A DNA stretch of 25,223 nt from a virus (lineage: Duplodnaviria; Caudoviricetes), in IMG/VR virus record IMGVR_UViG_3300016665_000422, positions 1-25,223 of that record; one strand, 5' to 3'. The translations under genes and the position numbers were made by a program. Below the pieces are notes generated by a model. It saw nothing but the letters and a program-made list of their open reading frames with translations, did no database searches and had not been told where the DNA came from. Shown in pieces: positions 24,763-25,223 of the stretch (positions are counted from its first letter, which is position 1; every line of letters starts with the position of its first letter).

Positions 24763-24968
24763 CAATATAGACTAGATATAATATGTGGGATATGGTGTGG
24801 TATCTGGATGTAAATAAGGCTAAATGTAATCAGATAACTGCAATTACAATAAGTGTAGAAGGAAATAATCTACCGGATGATGTGTGGATAAGATACACAA
24901 TAGATAAAACTAACTACAGTGAAAAAGAACTATTCTCATCAAAAGAAGATCTGATAGCATCACTATGA
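24759..24968 (+). CDS. Hypothetical protein with in-frame TAG at codon 4 (alternatively starts at 24783)
   Basis: ATGA-coupled ATG at 24759 is in frame with ORF 24783-24968: MTI*TRYNMWDMVWYL. Confidence 0.6.
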
Positions 24969-25192
24969 ATACAATAGAACTAACAGATAGAGACTATCAA
25001 GACTACTGGGATATGAAAGGGCTAGTAGATAGCTATCTATATCCTGTACGATGTAAGGGTGGTAGAATAGTAAGACGTGACTACCAGTGTAGTCATTGTC
25101 ACTCAGAGAATCCCACAAAACTATGTAAAGAACCAATGACAGAATGTCTGACAAGAGAAGATGATGAAGTAACAATAGAAATAGTATCATGA
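24965..25192 (+). CDS. Small Cys/His-containing hypothetical protein
   Basis: C...YQCSHCH...C; ATGA overlaps. Confidence 0.7.
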   Translation: MNTIELTDRDYQDYWDMKGLVDSYLYPVRCKGGRIVRRDYQCSHCHSENPTKLCKEPMTECLTREDDEVTIEIVS

Positions 25193-25223
25193 AACCACTG
25201 AAACAAGTTATAGTAGATATACA
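25189..25223 (+). CDS. 5' end of a downstream ORF (partial, MKPLKQVIVDI)
   Basis: ATGA overlap, open to the window edge. Confidence 0.55.
   Translation, partial: MKPLKQVIVDI

Noticed and set aside
836-25190. All minus-strand ORFs in the track
   Set aside because: They lie antisense to well-formed + strand genes and are F/L/I/S/Y-rich shadows of A-rich codons; scarcity of TTA on the + strand removes TAA stops on the - strand and lengthens such shadows
1-25223. CRISPR array, DGR template/variable repeats, integrase or inteins
   Set aside because: No regularly spaced repeats, long adenine-variant repeat pair, reverse transcriptase, recombinase or intein motifs seen by eye
1-25223. Window-wide alternative genetic code
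   Set aside because: All long conserved genes are intact under code 11; only one suspicious TAG was found (reported separately)

Overview
AT-rich, densely coding, single-strand (+) segment of a tailed dsDNA phage, most likely infecting Bacteroidota (A-rich SD-less leaders, a TAnnTTTG promoter box, crAss-like/Bacteroidota-phage replication genes). It is an early/replication region with about 60 mostly small hypothetical ORFs, a tRNA-Arg(TCT), a spore-photoproduct-lyase-family radical SAM gene, a GHKL-ATPase/zincin-like gene, family A DNA polymerase, DnaB-like helicase, Sak4/AAA_24-like ATPase, GIY-YIG homing endonuclease, putative SSB and primase. No structural genes, CRISPR or integrase were seen. 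Most notable: (1) strong sense-strand avoidance of TT-containing codons in core genes, alongside a TT-photoproduct lyase homologue; (2) a homing endonuclease that appears to have displaced the 3' end of its neighbour and brought a recoded C-terminus plus its own promoter; (3) a highly structured non-coding element at about 140-348; (4) a motif-rearranged GHKL gene bounded by 17-nt direct repeats; (5) CCWGG avoidance; (6) an in-frame TAG in an otherwise typical gene start. All family assignments come from motif recognition by eye, not database searches, and all counts are hand counts.
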